A stretch of DNA of 64,000 nt, taken from Chiloscyllium plagiosum. Lineage: Eukaryota. Positions 1 to 14,208 of this stretch are shown here, piece by piece (within the stretch, counting starts at the first letter, position 1; each line of letters begins with the position of its first letter). A program made the position numbers and the translations under genes. The DNA is taken from NCBI RefSeq assembly GCF_004010195.1, contig NC_057719.1, positions 38,620,401-38,684,400 on the forward strand. The letters are read 5' to 3'. Under the pieces are notes generated by a model. That model was not told the origin of the DNA and did no database searches. It worked only from the letters and a program-made list of their open reading frames with translations.

Positions 1-393
1 CAGCACAGTGACTCTGACAACTGCTGAGAGGCTAAGCATGTAAGCCAAGTGGGACAGGTGTCAGGTGGTTAGGATGTCTGGCCAGTGATGAAGTACTCAG
101 GGTGTGGATGTCAGATCAAGACTTCTGGTCAATCCAAATGAACATGGGTCAGCTCTAGAATGGACTTAATTTGGTCCTCAGATCTGTAAGCACTCCTACG
201 ACGCTTTTTCTAAATGCAATTTGTCTCATGCTCTCAAACATTGAAAACTTGAATACAACATACTGTAAACTGAAAAATATACAGGCTATTAAGTATTGAA
301 TGAATAATGTTCAGCATTTTAAATAGAAATTATTAGCAAGCATACCCAAGCAGTAATATCACATTAAGTGGAAAAGAACATTAAATTAGGCAT

Positions 394-840
394 AAAACAG
401 AAAGTACTGGAATACTTCAGTAAGTTTAGTGCCATCTGCTGAGAGAACAGAGTTAAGATTGAGCCAAATAGGATTCTTCTGAACTAAATGCAGGTGGAAA
501 TGTGGGGCTGGGAGAATGAAGGAGCTGGGAATGAAGGGAAGCTATGGGATGGATTAGAGTGCATAAAGATTAAATGACAATGTTGTGGAACAAAAGGCAA
601 AAAGAGTGGTCATGGTTGTAGTAAAGAAACAAAATGCAAATGTGAATGGCGGAATAGAACATCTCTACCCAAAAGCAAATTTAAAAATGAAACACAGGAT
701 TCAGACAAAAAAAAAATCAAAATGGGGAAGCGCTCATGCTCCACAACTGCTGAACTCAATGCTGAGTCTGGAAGGCTGTAAATTGCCTTAAGAGAAGATG
801 GAGGTGCTATTTCTCAAGCTTGCTCAAGCTGCTTCATGAC
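394..840 (-). mobile_element. Decayed Penelope-like element 3' part (ORF end plus terminal repeat)
   Basis: 394-485 resembles the other terminal-repeat copies; the reverse complement of 750-825 resembles the PLE ORF C-terminus (HL.F.LG.LQPS.L.IEF). Confidence 0.5.
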
Positions 841-1820
841 CTCAGTTTGAGAGGTCACAAGGTTACTAAAGGTCATGGGAAACCCCACTCATGCTTAAGT
901 TTTAGGGCAAAGTAAACTTATAAGTTGGGCAAGCATTTTTAAAAATAAACTAACAGTTTTCTTAACCAGAACAAGACAAGAATCCTTCATACTTCAGAAT
1001 TTGTGTTGTGACAGTTTAACTGAAAATGGTTTTGTAATGTCCAACTGTTATAAGTAAACAACATATAAAAAAGTCAGTAATTTAGTCCCAAAGACCTAAC
1101 TACTATAAGAAAAATGACAAACTACCCTGTAATCCTTTATTCAGCACAAGACCAATCTCAACCACGTAGACAGTCAAATTGAGTTGTGAAGTGGATGTTG
1201 ATCATTTCATTTGAAAACTTACCAACAATTAACAAGTATTAATGAACGAACACCAATCCTCACCACTGACATAGGGCTTGCTCAGACTACTATATGTAAC
1301 ACTGATGAGAGCAAGAGCCCAAGATTTAAACAAGTTAAACGTGACCTTATAATCAATTATTGAAAGCTGCCATACACTAAACAGTTTAGTGCCCGAGGTT
1401 AGCTTTGGTAACAGTTAATCAAATCAAAATGAGCAACATAAAGTTATTATTTCATAGAATTTCCTTCATGTTAAATTGGCTAATTTAAAGTCATTTTGCT
1501 TAAATATGCCTTCTTCTTGATATGTTCAAAGCTGAATATAAAACTAATTCCATCTCTCAAATGATCACTTTTACCTTTGTTTTTCTTAACAAAAGGAAAA
1601 GAAAACTATGCACTCTTGAAACATCTTTTAGAAAAAGGAGTAAGCTTTAACAAGTTGGAAGAGGCTCCTGAATTTGTGAACTAAAACAGCACAGTCAATG
1701 TTATTTTGTCTGCATTCATAAATTCTAGCCCAAGTCACATCAGATTTGTTTGCGACCTAGTAAGCATAACCAATACGAATTGAGTGAAAGAGGAATAACT
1801 AAGACAGACAACAATAAAAT

Positions 1821-2040
1821 AGGTAAAAACAATGACTGCAGATGCTGGAAACCAGATTCTGGAGTAGTGATGCTGGAAAAGCATAGCAGTTCAGGCAGCA
1901 TCCGAGAAGCAGTAAAATCGACATTTTGGGCAAAAGCCCTTCATCAGGGCTGATGAAGGGCTTTTGCCCAAAACATCGATTTTACTGCTCCTCGGATGCT
2001 GCCTGAACTGCTGTGCTTTTCCAGCATCACTACTCCAGAT
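1821..2040. mobile_element. Self-inverted Penelope-like terminal-repeat insertion (182 bp palindrome) with hammerhead-core remnants
   Basis: 1858-1947 is the reverse complement of 1950-2039 (86/90 matches, 2-nt loop). CTGATGA-AGGGC-TTTT-GCCC-AAAACATC at 1950-1977. Flanks AACAATAAAAT / AACATAAAAT resemble a TSD. Confidence 0.85.
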
Positions 2041-3124
2041 AACATAAAATGAATGTTGGAAGTAAGTTGGGCAAGACCCATTAGGATGGCATCACTTTGG
2101 ATGGCTCTGGTGCCAAAGCAATTTCAGCAGGATAGTCTACATTTTAGATGCAATTTCTGATACAATTAGTTTCCTTAAGAAAGATGGAGCTCTGAGTATT
2201 TCATTAGTCCCCAACACTTGGAATAAATATCTGTGTGTGAACAGTTCTAGCCACAAAAATGTTTAGTTTTCATCATATCTGCATCAGGCTTTCTTCTTCA
2301 AGCTCTCCGCCAGGTACCTAGGTGTCCATGTTGGAAAGTAACCTGTTTATCTGGCTTTTTTTTCCACCTGACATTTCCTTTATGTGCAACTTTACAAACT
2401 GCCTTCCTTCAGAAACCATAGTCAGCTTCATATTAAGCTGTACATGTAACCATTAGGTGGTTACAACATGGCATATCACCATTCAGCACCTTGAGTCATT
2501 TCAGCGTATGCAGGATCAATTTAGCCACTCCACTACTCCATCTATTTTCCACAGCCCTGTGAATGATGCCTCTTTAGCTGCTTATTCAATTGCTTCCATC
2601 ACAGAGAGCATAGTGAGATTCCAGCTACTTGCCACATTAAAAAAAACTTTCCTCATATCATATATGGTTAATTTGGAAATAACTTTAAATTTACAATCTG
2701 GTTTTTCATCCTTCATCTGCTCTCTCATAATGAACACATATTCTCCAAGGAGAAAATCCCCAGCTTCTCCAATCTAACCTTCTAAAGAGAGCCAATCACT
2801 CCTGCACTGATTTTCATTCATTATTTCTGTATTTTCCAAAACCTTTATATATTTGCCTCAGTGTGGTATGCAGAAATGGACACAGAACTCCATTTGAGGT
2901 GGAACCAGAGCTTTATAAAGGTTTCATAACTTCCTCACTTTCATATTCCATGGCTCTATTTATAAAGTGAGTGGTGGACAAAGGACAAAATTAAGGGCTG
3001 CAATATAGTGCAAGAGGAACTCTTGTTATTCAATCTGTCCTGACTTAAACCCCATTAAAGACTTTACTTTGGTCCTTGCTCCAAGGCCTGGTGCTCAAAA
3101 TCTGTTTTATCAGAACTGGTAAAA

Positions 3125-3255
3125 GCTAGATGTAAGATTATCAACCTGAAATGTTAATTCTATTTCTCTCTCCACAGATGCTTCCAGGCCTGAGTATTTT
3201 CAAGATTTGCTATATTTTATTTCAGATTTCCAGTTCCTACAGAATTCTGCTTTTC
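3125..3255 (+). mobile_element. Decayed Penelope-like terminal repeat
   Basis: ...ACCTGAAATGTTAATTCTATTTCTCTCTCCACAGATGCT...TTTCAGATTTCCAG, same layout as other copies. Confidence 0.55.
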
Positions 3256-5019
3256 AGGAAAGTAGATCTGGTTCCAGCAAATTATTAGAGTTCAAGAGAT
3301 CATTTTTAAATTAGGAAATAATTAGGAAAGAATGATCATAAGATTTAGATTAGCAATGGAAAAGGACAAAAGCAATCTGGAGCAAAGATATTTAAGAGGG
3401 TCAATTTCATTATGTTGGAAGTGAACATATTCTGTGCAAATTGCATGAAAGATGGGAAGGTAAAACAGGAACAGATCAATGTTTTGCCTTTAAAGAGGAA
3501 TCGCATTGAGTATAATCCAAGTAAATTCTCTCTAGGATGAAGAGAGGGCAAAGAAAGCTAAAGTTCCTTGGATGATTAAAGATACTGACAGCAAGATGAA
3601 GACAAAACCAGGCTGGTCACACAAATTAGCAGGCTGAATATAAAAAATTAGGAGGGGAAATGAAAAGGGAAAAGGCAAAAGGAAAACAAGATTACGAGAA
3701 GAGAATATTCATTTAATTTTCTAAGGGGGAGATGTGTGCAAAAAAAAGATGAACTTTAAATCATCCAATAATGTTCCAGAAGCTATAATTACTAGTACAC
3801 AGTCTAATCTTTGCAGACTTCTGGCCAAATAGTCAGGGGAAAAAATAGTTAGGAGAAAAAATTCAGAACATTACATTAATTAGATGGCATTTACTTCGAA
3901 CTATATTTTCTGTACATCAGCCTATAAACTACTGAAAGGGATAGAATTTTATGGTAGTTTATTCCTCTATTATACTACAAAGAACATAGCATGCTGTTGC
4001 TTTTATTATTACATTAGATGCAAACTTAGCAAACTCAGTCAAAAGATAGTATTTGAGTACCCAAAAATAAGTACCATTCCATCCATTGTTAATGACATCC
4101 AAATGTAGTATCATATGCGAGTCTAATATTATGCAATTTGAATATATGCGGACTGAAGAAAGTTTGATTTTATACTTGCCAGTTCACTTATTAAAATAAA
4201 TCAAGATTTAAGACTGCAGAGATAACAACTAATAGACAATATTTTGCAAGGGTAGGATAGTTGTAAAGAGAAATTCACTACAATGGCTCAAAATGTGAAA
4301 ACTCCTAATTTGACTACACCAGATTTCATAATAAAAGTGCATATCTGCATACCAACAACACTCATTTACTAAAAACAAATCTTCATCAGCTATACATAAA
4401 AAATATTAGTTGGCATTCCATGCAATGTGCCAGGAATGCTATACAATAAATTGACATTGAAAACACTCAGTGGTGAGGTCTGCAAAATAATTTTATTCAG
4501 AATGAGTTAAAATAACTAGGGTAACTGGAGTCTGGAACTATTTATTTCCTGCATGTCTTTAAAGATTCCTCAAGTAGTAAACAGAAAATTTCCTCAAAAA
4601 CCCTTCTAAAGACTAACTTCAATGCCACGACATCGAACATAGACTACTCTGTGCAAGAGGAGAGGCTAAGTCTAAGCTTTAATCACTGCCACTTTAAAAA
4701 TATTGCATCCCAATGACATCAATAAACAGTGAAAAAGTTTCAAACAACACATACATACTAAGACAAAAATAAAGTACAAACAAGAACATAATTAGGTGTA
4801 TTCAAAGGAAGAACTCCCAAATTGCTAGCAGTGCTGCACTTGCATGCAGTACCATGAATTTAACATTAAAAAGACCTCAACCACTTATTGCATCACTCTT
4901 TGTCCCATGCCCTAACCATTTATTATTACCATAGACTTGCTTAATTTGAGTACTAAGGAGAGGAATTTACAAAATATCTCAAAAAATAATAAAAGAATTC
5001 AAACAAACATGATCATAAC

Positions 5020-6655
5020 CTGAGACATACCCAACAGTCCTAGAAGTGCACCAACTCTACATAGACTGCGATATTAGTTCACCATCACCATCTCAACAGC
5101 AAATAAAAATGGCCAATAAATGCTGACCTTGCTAGCAATGCTCACATCCCATAAACAATAAAGTGTCAACTTGGTGAAGAGACATGGGACTGCATATGTG
5201 CTTATCAACAAGAGCTGCATCCTATAGACACAGCTAATTGATTTAACAATTAATGATCAGATCAAGGTTCTGCAGTCCTGCTGCATCAGTCATGAATAAG
5301 GGAGAGCAATTTAACATTTAACCAAAGTAGGAAGTTCCACAAACATACTCATCTGCAATAATGACAAACCAAACAGATGAACGCTACAAACAAGTCTGAA
5401 GCTGACACAACTAGCTTCAGCCAAAAGTGCCGAGTGGATGACCCATCTGACCACTTCCTGAAGTCAGTTTTCTCCACAGTGTCAAGAAACAGTTAAAGCC
5501 CCTGACAACATCCTGGCTAAAGTACTGAAAGACTTTGCTCCAGAACTAGCCAGCCCTTTAATCTAGCAGCTCTAGTACTTATGACACTGATGTTTACCCA
5601 CTTTTTATTTTGAAAAGCTGTCCAATAAATGTCTTGTTTACAAAATAACCAGGATGAATTAAATCCAGTCAATTACTGTTACATCATACCAACCTGGATC
5701 AAATGATTTAAAACTGCTGTCAAATGGTATTTACTCAGCAACAATTCACTCAGTAATGCTCAGTTTGGATTCTTTCAGGGCCAGACTTCAAATAGTCATG
5801 TTCCAAACATGGATAAAAGTTGAATTTCAGATACTGGTAACCATTCTTAGCTCCAACATAACATCTGACCCAGTGTGGTACAAAGGAGCCCTCGCAACAG
5901 AGAAGTGCATGGGAATCAGAGGAAATTCTCGATTATTTGGAAGACACATTGGTCTTCAATTGCCTATAACCTTTGTGCTCAATCATTTCAACCTGGGGAT
6001 ATTGTTGCAGGAGTTCTTCATGGTTGCACTGTTAGCCCGACAATCTCTGGCTTCATAAATGATCTCCCACTATTCTTAGATCATAAGTGTGTTTTAGCAG
6101 TGAACATTCACGTCTTGCCTTGATTCACCCAAAGGGTCACAGCAAAGATTCACCCAAATTGATTCCTGGGGATGACAGCACTGCCTTATGATGAGAGGCT
6201 GAGTAAATTGTGTCTGTTGTCTCTGCAGATCAACAAAATGAGAAGTGTTCTCATCAAAACAAAGATGACTCTCTGAAGGAGTATGACATGACCTTTAGTT
6301 GTTTCTCCTTTTATGGGCTGACCTGAAGGTAAGGGTTGAAGTTTTAACTATTGAATGATAAGCAGGCTTAAGGAGCAATGTGGTCTGCTCCAAAACCTAC
6401 AGTTTATGTTCTTCTTGCATATTGTTGACACGCATGATTCCCCAGATACTGAAGCAATTGGTGTCAATATGCAGCAGACTTGGGCTGATAAATAGCAAGT
6501 AGCATTCATGTAAGAAAAGTGCCAAGCAATAACGATTTTAACAAAAACTTCTAGTCACCTACACTTGATATTTAAAAGGTATTACTATTGATGAATCCTC
6601 CATTGGCTTCCTGGGAGCCACCACTGACCAGAACTGGACCAGCCATTTAAAAACA
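5020..6655 (+). mobile_element. Old, highly decayed LINE fragments (CR1/L2-type family with AATAAATGCTGGCC-like 3' tail)
   Basis: Colinear similarity to 24300-26995; tail-like CAATAAATGCTGACCTTGCTAGCAATGCTCACATCCC at ~5114-5150. Confidence 0.55.
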
Positions 6656-6659
6656 GACT

Positions 6660-7197
6660 TGAGGCCTGTAACCAGTGGTGGACCACAAGGTTTGGTGTTG
6701 GGTCCACTACTTTTTGGCATTTATAGAAATAATTTGGATGTGAACATAGGAGATATAGTTAGTAAGTTTGCAGATGACAGCAAAATTAGAGGTATAGTTG
6801 GAGGCTGAGGGATGACCTTATCAACATTTATATCATCATGAAGGGCATGGATAAGGTAAATAGACAAGATCTCTTCCCCAGGGGAGGCGAGTCCAAAACT
6901 AGAGAGCATAGGCTTAAGGCGAGGGGAGAAAGATTTAAAGGGATGTGATGGCTAACCTTTTCATGCAGAGGGTGGTGCATGTATCAAATAAGCTGCCAAA
7001 GGAAATGGTAGGAGCTGTTACAATTACATTATTTAAAAGGCATTTGGATGGGCATATGAATAGGAAGAGTTTAGTGGGATTTGGGCCAAATACTGGCAAT
7101 TGGGACTAGAATTACTTAGGATATCTGGTCAGCATGATCGTGTTGAACCAAGTAATCTATTTCCGTACTGTACATATCTATGACTCTATGGCTATGA
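6660..7197 (+). mobile_element. CR1 LINE 3' fragment with internal deletion
   Basis: AGTAAGTTTGCAGATGACAGCAAA (SKFADDSK), CR1 3' UTR and TATGACTCTATG tail. Confidence 0.85.
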
Positions 7198-8561
7198 GAC
7201 AAAGCGAAGATGGGAATTTTACATGGACTAATTCAACTCCAGACTCTCCAATGCCTGTGCGCTATCTACAAAATATAAGTGAAGAATGTGAGGGCAGGAA
7301 TATGTCCCATAAACAAGATGAATTACAACAACTTGCTAATACTTTTCACTTGTACCTTCTAAACCCATGTTCATGATACATAGAAGAAAAGGCTCAGAGC
7401 TGCATTGGAACATGGTCAACTGCAAATTCCCCTGCAAGTCATATATTTGGGAATATAAAATAATGCACTTCAAAATCCTGAAGCTGCCCTAGAATGTGAA
7501 TAACTGCTTTTTGGCAAAATATTTAGACTCTTTGGCAAAATAAGGTGAAAAGACTATTTTGTTTCACTTTTCTTCTCCTTCATATTACTGAATGTCAATT
7601 CTTGTTCAAGGATTACATTTAAGGCCATTAATGAGTAGCAGTCAAGTGATAAAGTTTCAGCATCTAATTTTTCAAAGACCACTGCTTAAAAATGTCTACT
7701 TGGATGGTCAATGAGGAGAAAATAATTCTTAGTTGTCAAACCATCTGTACATAGCTACTATCTTCACCAGACTCATTTGATAAAAATAGCATTTGGGCAA
7801 GGTACTGGTTGCTTATCTTTCATGCCTTACCGAATGGAAATGACTTATTTTGTCAACCAACCTTCATCACATAACTTCAATCACTAAACTGACAATTTTC
7901 CTGAATCTTTTGGATTAATAGAATATATAAAAATAATCCATCCATGGCACATTAACTGCTTAAGTCAATGAACTATCCAAGATTTCAAACTGATATGTAG
8001 CTGTGAAAAACAGCACAAAAGCAATTTAGGAGGCCAACATTGACAATTCCTGAGAATGGAAAAATGCATGCCAGAACCTACATGGCATTGTATAAAACAG
8101 GTATTATACAACAGGTTGCCTAGTTCTTGAACAATCTGCTGTTGTATTGATCATTCAACTGAAAAAGGATGTTACAACATCTGAATACAACAGAAAATTA
8201 CATTACTACTTCACATTCATTCAAATTTCCCGAACTATAAATCTGTAAGAATGAGATAAAGTTAGAAGGTACAGAACTCAGCCTTATATGGCATCTCTCT
8301 CTTTCCAGAGAATTTGCCAAAATTTTCACACCAAAAAGCTCGCTCTCTTCTAGAGAAGGTTGAAAACAATTTGCTCACCGGTCAATAGTTTCCTTTCGAA
8401 TGAATTAGAGTTGATTTTCTAATTTTTATCACAGCTGTTCACCCATTAACTTAACTTTTGAAACAGCTTAAAAGTTAAATAATTGTTCAGTAATTTATCT
8501 ATTAATTTATTTCACTATTCACAAAGCTATAAAATCCACAATATACCAGCAATCTTTAATT

Positions 8562-11386
8562 ATAGAACATAGAAGCACAGTACAGACCCTTCGGCCCTCG
8601 ATATTGCGCCGACCTGTCATACCAATCTGAAGCCCATCTAACTTACACTATTCCATGCACGTCCATATGCTTGTCCAATGACGACTTTAATATACTTAAC
8701 GTTGGCGAATCTACTACCGTTGCAGGCAAAGCATTCCATACCTTTACCACTCTGAGCAAAGAAACTACCTCTGACATCTGTCCTATATCTATCACCCCTC
8801 AAGTTTAAGCTATGCCCCCTCGTGCTCACCGTCACCATACTTGGAAAAAGGTTCTCGCTACCTATCTAACCCTCTGATTATCTTATATGTCTCTATCAAG
8901 TCACCTCTTAACCTTCTTCTCTCTAACGAAAACAGCCTCAAGTCCCTCAGCCTTTCCTCATAAGACCTTCCCTCCATACCAGGCAGCATCAGAGTAAATC
9001 TCCTCTGCACCCTTTCCAAAGCTTCCACATCCTTCTTATAATGTGGTGACCAGAACTGTACACAATACTCTAAAGTGCGGCCGCACTGAACTCAATCCCT
9101 CTATTCATAAAAGCCAAAACACTGTATGCCTTCTTAACGATCCTGTCAACCTGGGTAGCAACTTTCAAGGATCGCGTACCTGGACACCGAGATCTCTCTG
9201 CTCATCTACACGACCAAGAATCTTACCATTAGCCCAGTACTTTGCATTCCGGTTACTCCGACCAAAGTGAATTACCTCACACTTGTCCGCATTAAACTCT
9301 ATTTGCCACCTCTCAGCCCAGCTCTACAGATTGTCTCTCTGTAACCTACAACATCCTTTGTCACTATCCACAACTCCACCAACCTTAGTGTCGTCTGCAA
9401 ATTTACTAACCCACCCTTCTACGCCCTCATCCAGGTCGTTTATAAAAATAACGAACAGCAGTGGACCCAACACCGACCCTTGCGGTACATCGCTAGTAAC
9501 TGAAATCCAGGATGAACATTTCCCATCAACCACCACCCTCTATCTTCTTTCAGCAAGCTAATTACCGATCCAAACTGCTATATCGCCCACAATTCCATTC
9601 CTCCGCATTTTGTACAATAACCTACTGTGGGGAACCTTATCGAATGCCTTGCTGAAACCCATATACACCACAACCACCGGTTTACTCTCATCTACCTGCT
9701 TGGTCAGCCTCTCAAAGAACTCAATAAGGTTTGTGAGGCAAGACCTATCCTTCACAAAACCGTGCTGACTACATCTAATCAAATTATTCTTTTCTAGATG
9801 ATTATAAATCCTATCTCTCATACCCTTTTCCAACACTTTACCAACAACTGAAGTAAGGCTCACTGGTCTATAATTACCAGGGTTGTCTCTACTCCCCTTC
9901 TTGAACAGGGGAACCACATTTGCTATCCTCCAGTCTTCTGGCACTATTCCTGTAGACAATGACTATTTAAAGATCAATGCCAAAGGCTTGGCAATCTACT
10001 CCCTAGCTTCCCAGAGAATCCTAGGATAAATCCCACCCGGCCCAGGGGACTTACCTATTTTCACACTCTGCAGGATTTCTAATACCTCTTCATTGTGAAC
10101 CTCAAATCACACCTAGTCTAGTAGCCAGCATCTCAGTATTCTCCTCAACAACATGTTGTTTTCTAGAGTGAATATTGTCAAAAAATACTCATTTAGTGCT
10201 TCCCCTATCTCCTATGACTCAACACACAACTTCCCACTACTATCCTTGATTGGCCCTAATCTTACTCTCATCATTCTTTTATTCCTTAAATACCTATAGA
10301 AAGCCTTACGGTTCACCCTGATCCTATCCGCCAACAACTTCTCATGTCTCCTCTGAGCTCTCTCTTTAGGTCTTTCCTGGCTACCTTGCAGCCCTAACTG
10401 AGCCTTCACATCCCATCCTAACATAAGCCTTCTTCTTCCTCTTGACCAGAGATTCCACTTCCTTTGTAAACTACGGCTCCCGCGATCTACAGCTTCCTCC
10501 CTGCCAGGTACATACTTATCTAGGACACTTTCCTTGAATAAGGTCCACATTTCTAATGTGCCTATCCCCTGCAGTTTCCTTCCCCATCCTATGCTTCCTA
10601 AATCTTGCCTAATCGCATTGTAATTGCCTTTCCGCCAGCTGTAACTCGTGCCCAGTGATATACACCTATCCCTTTCTTTCACTAAAGTAAACATAACAGA
10701 ATTGTGATTGCTATCACCAAAGTGCTCACCTACTTCCAACTCTAACACCTGGCCGGGCTCATTACCCAGTACCAAATCTAATGCGGTTTCGCCCTTGTTG
10801 GCCTGTCTACATACTGTGTCAGGAAGCCCTCCTGCACACACTGGACAAAAACTGACCCATCTATAGTACTCTTACTATAGTGTTCCCAGTCAATATTTAG
10901 AAAGTTGAAGTCCCCCATGACATCTACCCTGTCTCTCTCACTCCTATCGTGAATCATTTTTGCTATCCTTTCCTCTACATCTCTGGAACTATTTGGAGGC
11001 CTATAGAAAACTCCCAACAGGGCAACCTCTCCTTTCCTGTTTCTAATCTCAGCCGACAAGTCCCCAAACATCCTTTCTGCAACTGTAATACTGTCCTTGA
11101 CCAACAATGCCACACCTCCCCCTCTTTTACCATCTTCTCGGTTCTTACTGAAACATCTAAATCCTGGAACCTGCAACAACCATTCCTGTCCCTGTTCTAT
11201 CCATGTCTCCGAAATGGCCACAACATTGAAGTCCCAGGTACCAACCCATGCTGCAAGTTCACCCACTTTATTCCGGATGCTCCTGGCGTTGAAGTAGACA
11301 CACTTCAAACCAATTTCTTGCTTGCCAGTGCCATCTTGCGTCCCTGAAACTTGCTTTCGGACCTCCCTACTCTCAACCTTTTCTAT
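8562..11386 (-). mobile_element. CR1-clade LINE, 5'-truncated, near-complete but frameshifted ORF2 (APE endonuclease + reverse transcriptase)
   Basis: ORFs 10778-11308 (YFNARSIRNK, VAISETW, GGGVALLVK, YRPP, MGDFNF = APE), 9558-9959 (NYRPVSLTSVVGK, QHGFVK..SCLTNL, FSKAFDKVPH) and 9324-9536 ([25 protein letters not shown]). TTCTATG-type microsatellite tail at ~8562-8574. Confidence 0.95.
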
Positions 11387-14084
11387 AATCTATGCTATTG
11401 TATTGAATTATATTCAATTAACATTCATAAATCACTAAGTGTGCAACACAAGATTTAAACATAGCAAACATGGGTGAGATTAGATATTAAAGCTAAAATT
11501 AAGTTATTTTCACATGGTTTCCCTTTCTTCAAAAATTTCCACTGCCATTTCAACAAGTAGGATTCCAAGTCTATGACAAATTTACAAACACTGTATTGCA
11601 TTAAATATTTTAGAATACTTACTTGATTGGTAAATGAACAAAAAAATGTGAAAGTGAATACATTTTTTAGATTGATCAGAACTAAAAGTTCACTGATTTT
11701 AAAGATGAATTTAAATCTGCACAGCCAAACTGAATTATGTTCGGCATTAACCGATTTTATAAATGACAGCAAAGCAATTGTACAAGCTGAGATGGAATCA
11801 TGATTCTTGCCAACTTAAAATGGGGACTTTAAAGATAACATATACTATAAGATTATTATTAGTCCCAATTTCACATGTGGATCAAATACAGGCTGGAACA
11901 TCTATTTTGCTCAAGTGAGTGTGGTTATGTAAATTAGAAAGCTTTTGGTGTAATTAAAGGATTTTTTTGCTTAGCTTATGCTATCTTTAAAAAAGCAGTC
12001 AACTTAGCTGTCAAGACAGGCAGTGACAACATTAATGCAAGCAAGCAGAACTGGGCATTTTATTTTTGGCACAAAGAATAATCATTGAAGAAGATTAACA
12101 ATTTAACTGCTCCAACCTTTACTCTGGAAAACAAAAGGAGCTTTTCGCAATTAAAAATATTTAGTTTTTTGTTTTACAGTTATACATAAACATGATACTC
12201 AAACTCTACAGACCAAAGAAAGGCTTGGCTTACTTCATTAAAGCTACCTCTGCAACAAAAGTGAGGCAACCCTCATCATGCTCGCCCCAAGAACAAAAGA
12301 ATGCCCTAAAGGAATTTATCAAGATGAACTTCTTTGCAAGCAATTGTATGTTACGCCTTCACCAAGCCTTGCACAATTTTATGCACTTATATGCTTTATG
12401 ATCTATTTTTTCCTACAAAAAACTTGCACACAAAGTTTTTTGTAGGATAAACTTTTAAACAAGAGAAAACGTATTTACAAATTCTTAAATATGAGTACAG
12501 CTTCTAAGCAACTGAACATTTAAACCATATTTTCACCATAAGTGAGCACATTACACAAAATACTTGCAATAAATAGCTACTGGATGCATCTATGGCAAGT
12601 ATCCCATATTACAGAACGATCATAAACAAGGAGGTAGAAATACTTGCTGTCAAAGTAAAAATGAAAGAACAAATGTTCTAAATGTTACTGATCTACCAGT
12701 TATTTGTCCAATTAGCTCATTTGTTTCCTTTTGTTCAGATGTGACATCATTCAGGTGAGAAATATACAATTATGTCAGTGTTGAAAACATGAAAATGCAT
12801 TGCTGTAGAATTACAAACTTTTCTAATTAATTTTCTCCACAGTTGCATGGTTTCCAAAAAAGTTCAAAAGTTGACAGACTCGCCAACAGGACTCTTTATT
12901 AAAAGTTAGAAATCTGTAATCGATTTGTTAACTGTTTAAATTGGAATCCACACAGGTTTGCATAGTTCAACACAAAACAGTAGACCTTTTAACCATAGTT
13001 TATATGCACTGATATGGTTATCGTTTTTCCTTCTATCGACCCAGTGCTCTTTCAAATTTGGTACAATCAACCCCTGCTGACAAACCATCCTTGACACTTC
13101 TGTTCCTCCAAACTACCTCTTGGCTTCTACTAGCCCTCCTCCTCTAAACTTACCTATATTTTATTGTGCAAAGTTCTTTATTATACTCTGCAGTAGAGGC
13201 TATTAATCACACGTGAAGAGAGTTTGATAATTATTTTCGTTGCTTGCAAGAAGATGGAATGCCTTTGAAGTGACCAGATAAACTATTTTTCCTCATTCCT
13301 TTCCTCTGGAATGTAGCATGTGACTTGGAGGGTCACATCATTCTTTGAGGAAATACATAGGAGCAAGGAGGAGGCCTTTCACCATAGAGCTTTTCCTGCC
13401 GTTCAGTATGATCATGGCCAATCATCTACTTCAATTCCTTTGCCCTCACATTATCCCCGTATCCTTTTATATCATTGGTATTTTGAAATCTGTCAATTTC
13501 TACTTTAAAACATACTTTATGACTAAGCTTGGGCAACCCTCTGGGGTAGAGAATTTCAAATTCTCATGATTCACAACCCAAGTTCAAAAGAAAACTTCTC
13601 GATCTTAAGTGGCTTCTTCCTTATTTTGAAATGATATCCCCTAGTTCTAGACTCCTGAACGGGAGGAAACATCATACTTGCATCGACCTTGTCCATCCCA
13701 AGTAGATCACCTCCCAATCTTTCAAACTCTAGTGAGCATACAGGCCCAGTTTCTCCCAGCTCTCTTCACAGGACTGCCCTGTCATCTCAGGAACCTCATT
13801 GTGATCCTTCTATTGCAAGGTAAGGAGACAAAAACTGCAAACAGCACTTCAGGTGCAGGTTAACCAAGCTCCTGTACAACCAAAGCAAGAATTCACTACT
13901 CCTGATTTAAATCCTCTTGTAATAAAAGTTAACATGCCATAAGTCTTCCTTCCACCTGCATGTTAGCCTTCAGTGGGAAGAACACCAAGATCCCTTTGTA
14001 CATCTATACTTGCTAATCTTCGACCATTGAAGAATTAAACTACATACCTGTCCCTCCTACCAAAATAGATAACCTCACATTTTC

Positions 14085-14208
14085 TGAAGTAGTTATGAAG
14101 AAATGTCATACTAGACTTGAAACATTTATTCTGTTTCTTTCTCCACACATACTGCAAGATCTGCTAAGTTTTTCAGATTTTCAGCATATTAGACAATATT
14201 GTCTAATT
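14085..14208 (+). mobile_element. Penelope-like terminal-repeat insertion
   Basis: TGAAGAAATGTC-ATACTA-GACTT-GAAACATT core remnant; flanked by TCACATTTTC (14075-14084) and TCATATTTTC (14209-14218). Confidence 0.6.

Noticed and set aside
1858..2039. miRNA precursor or classical MITE
   Set aside because: The arms are copies of a dispersed repeat that also occurs singly and asymmetrically with variable 11-15 bp TSDs, which does not fit fixed TIR/TSD DNA transposons. No small-RNA evidence is available.
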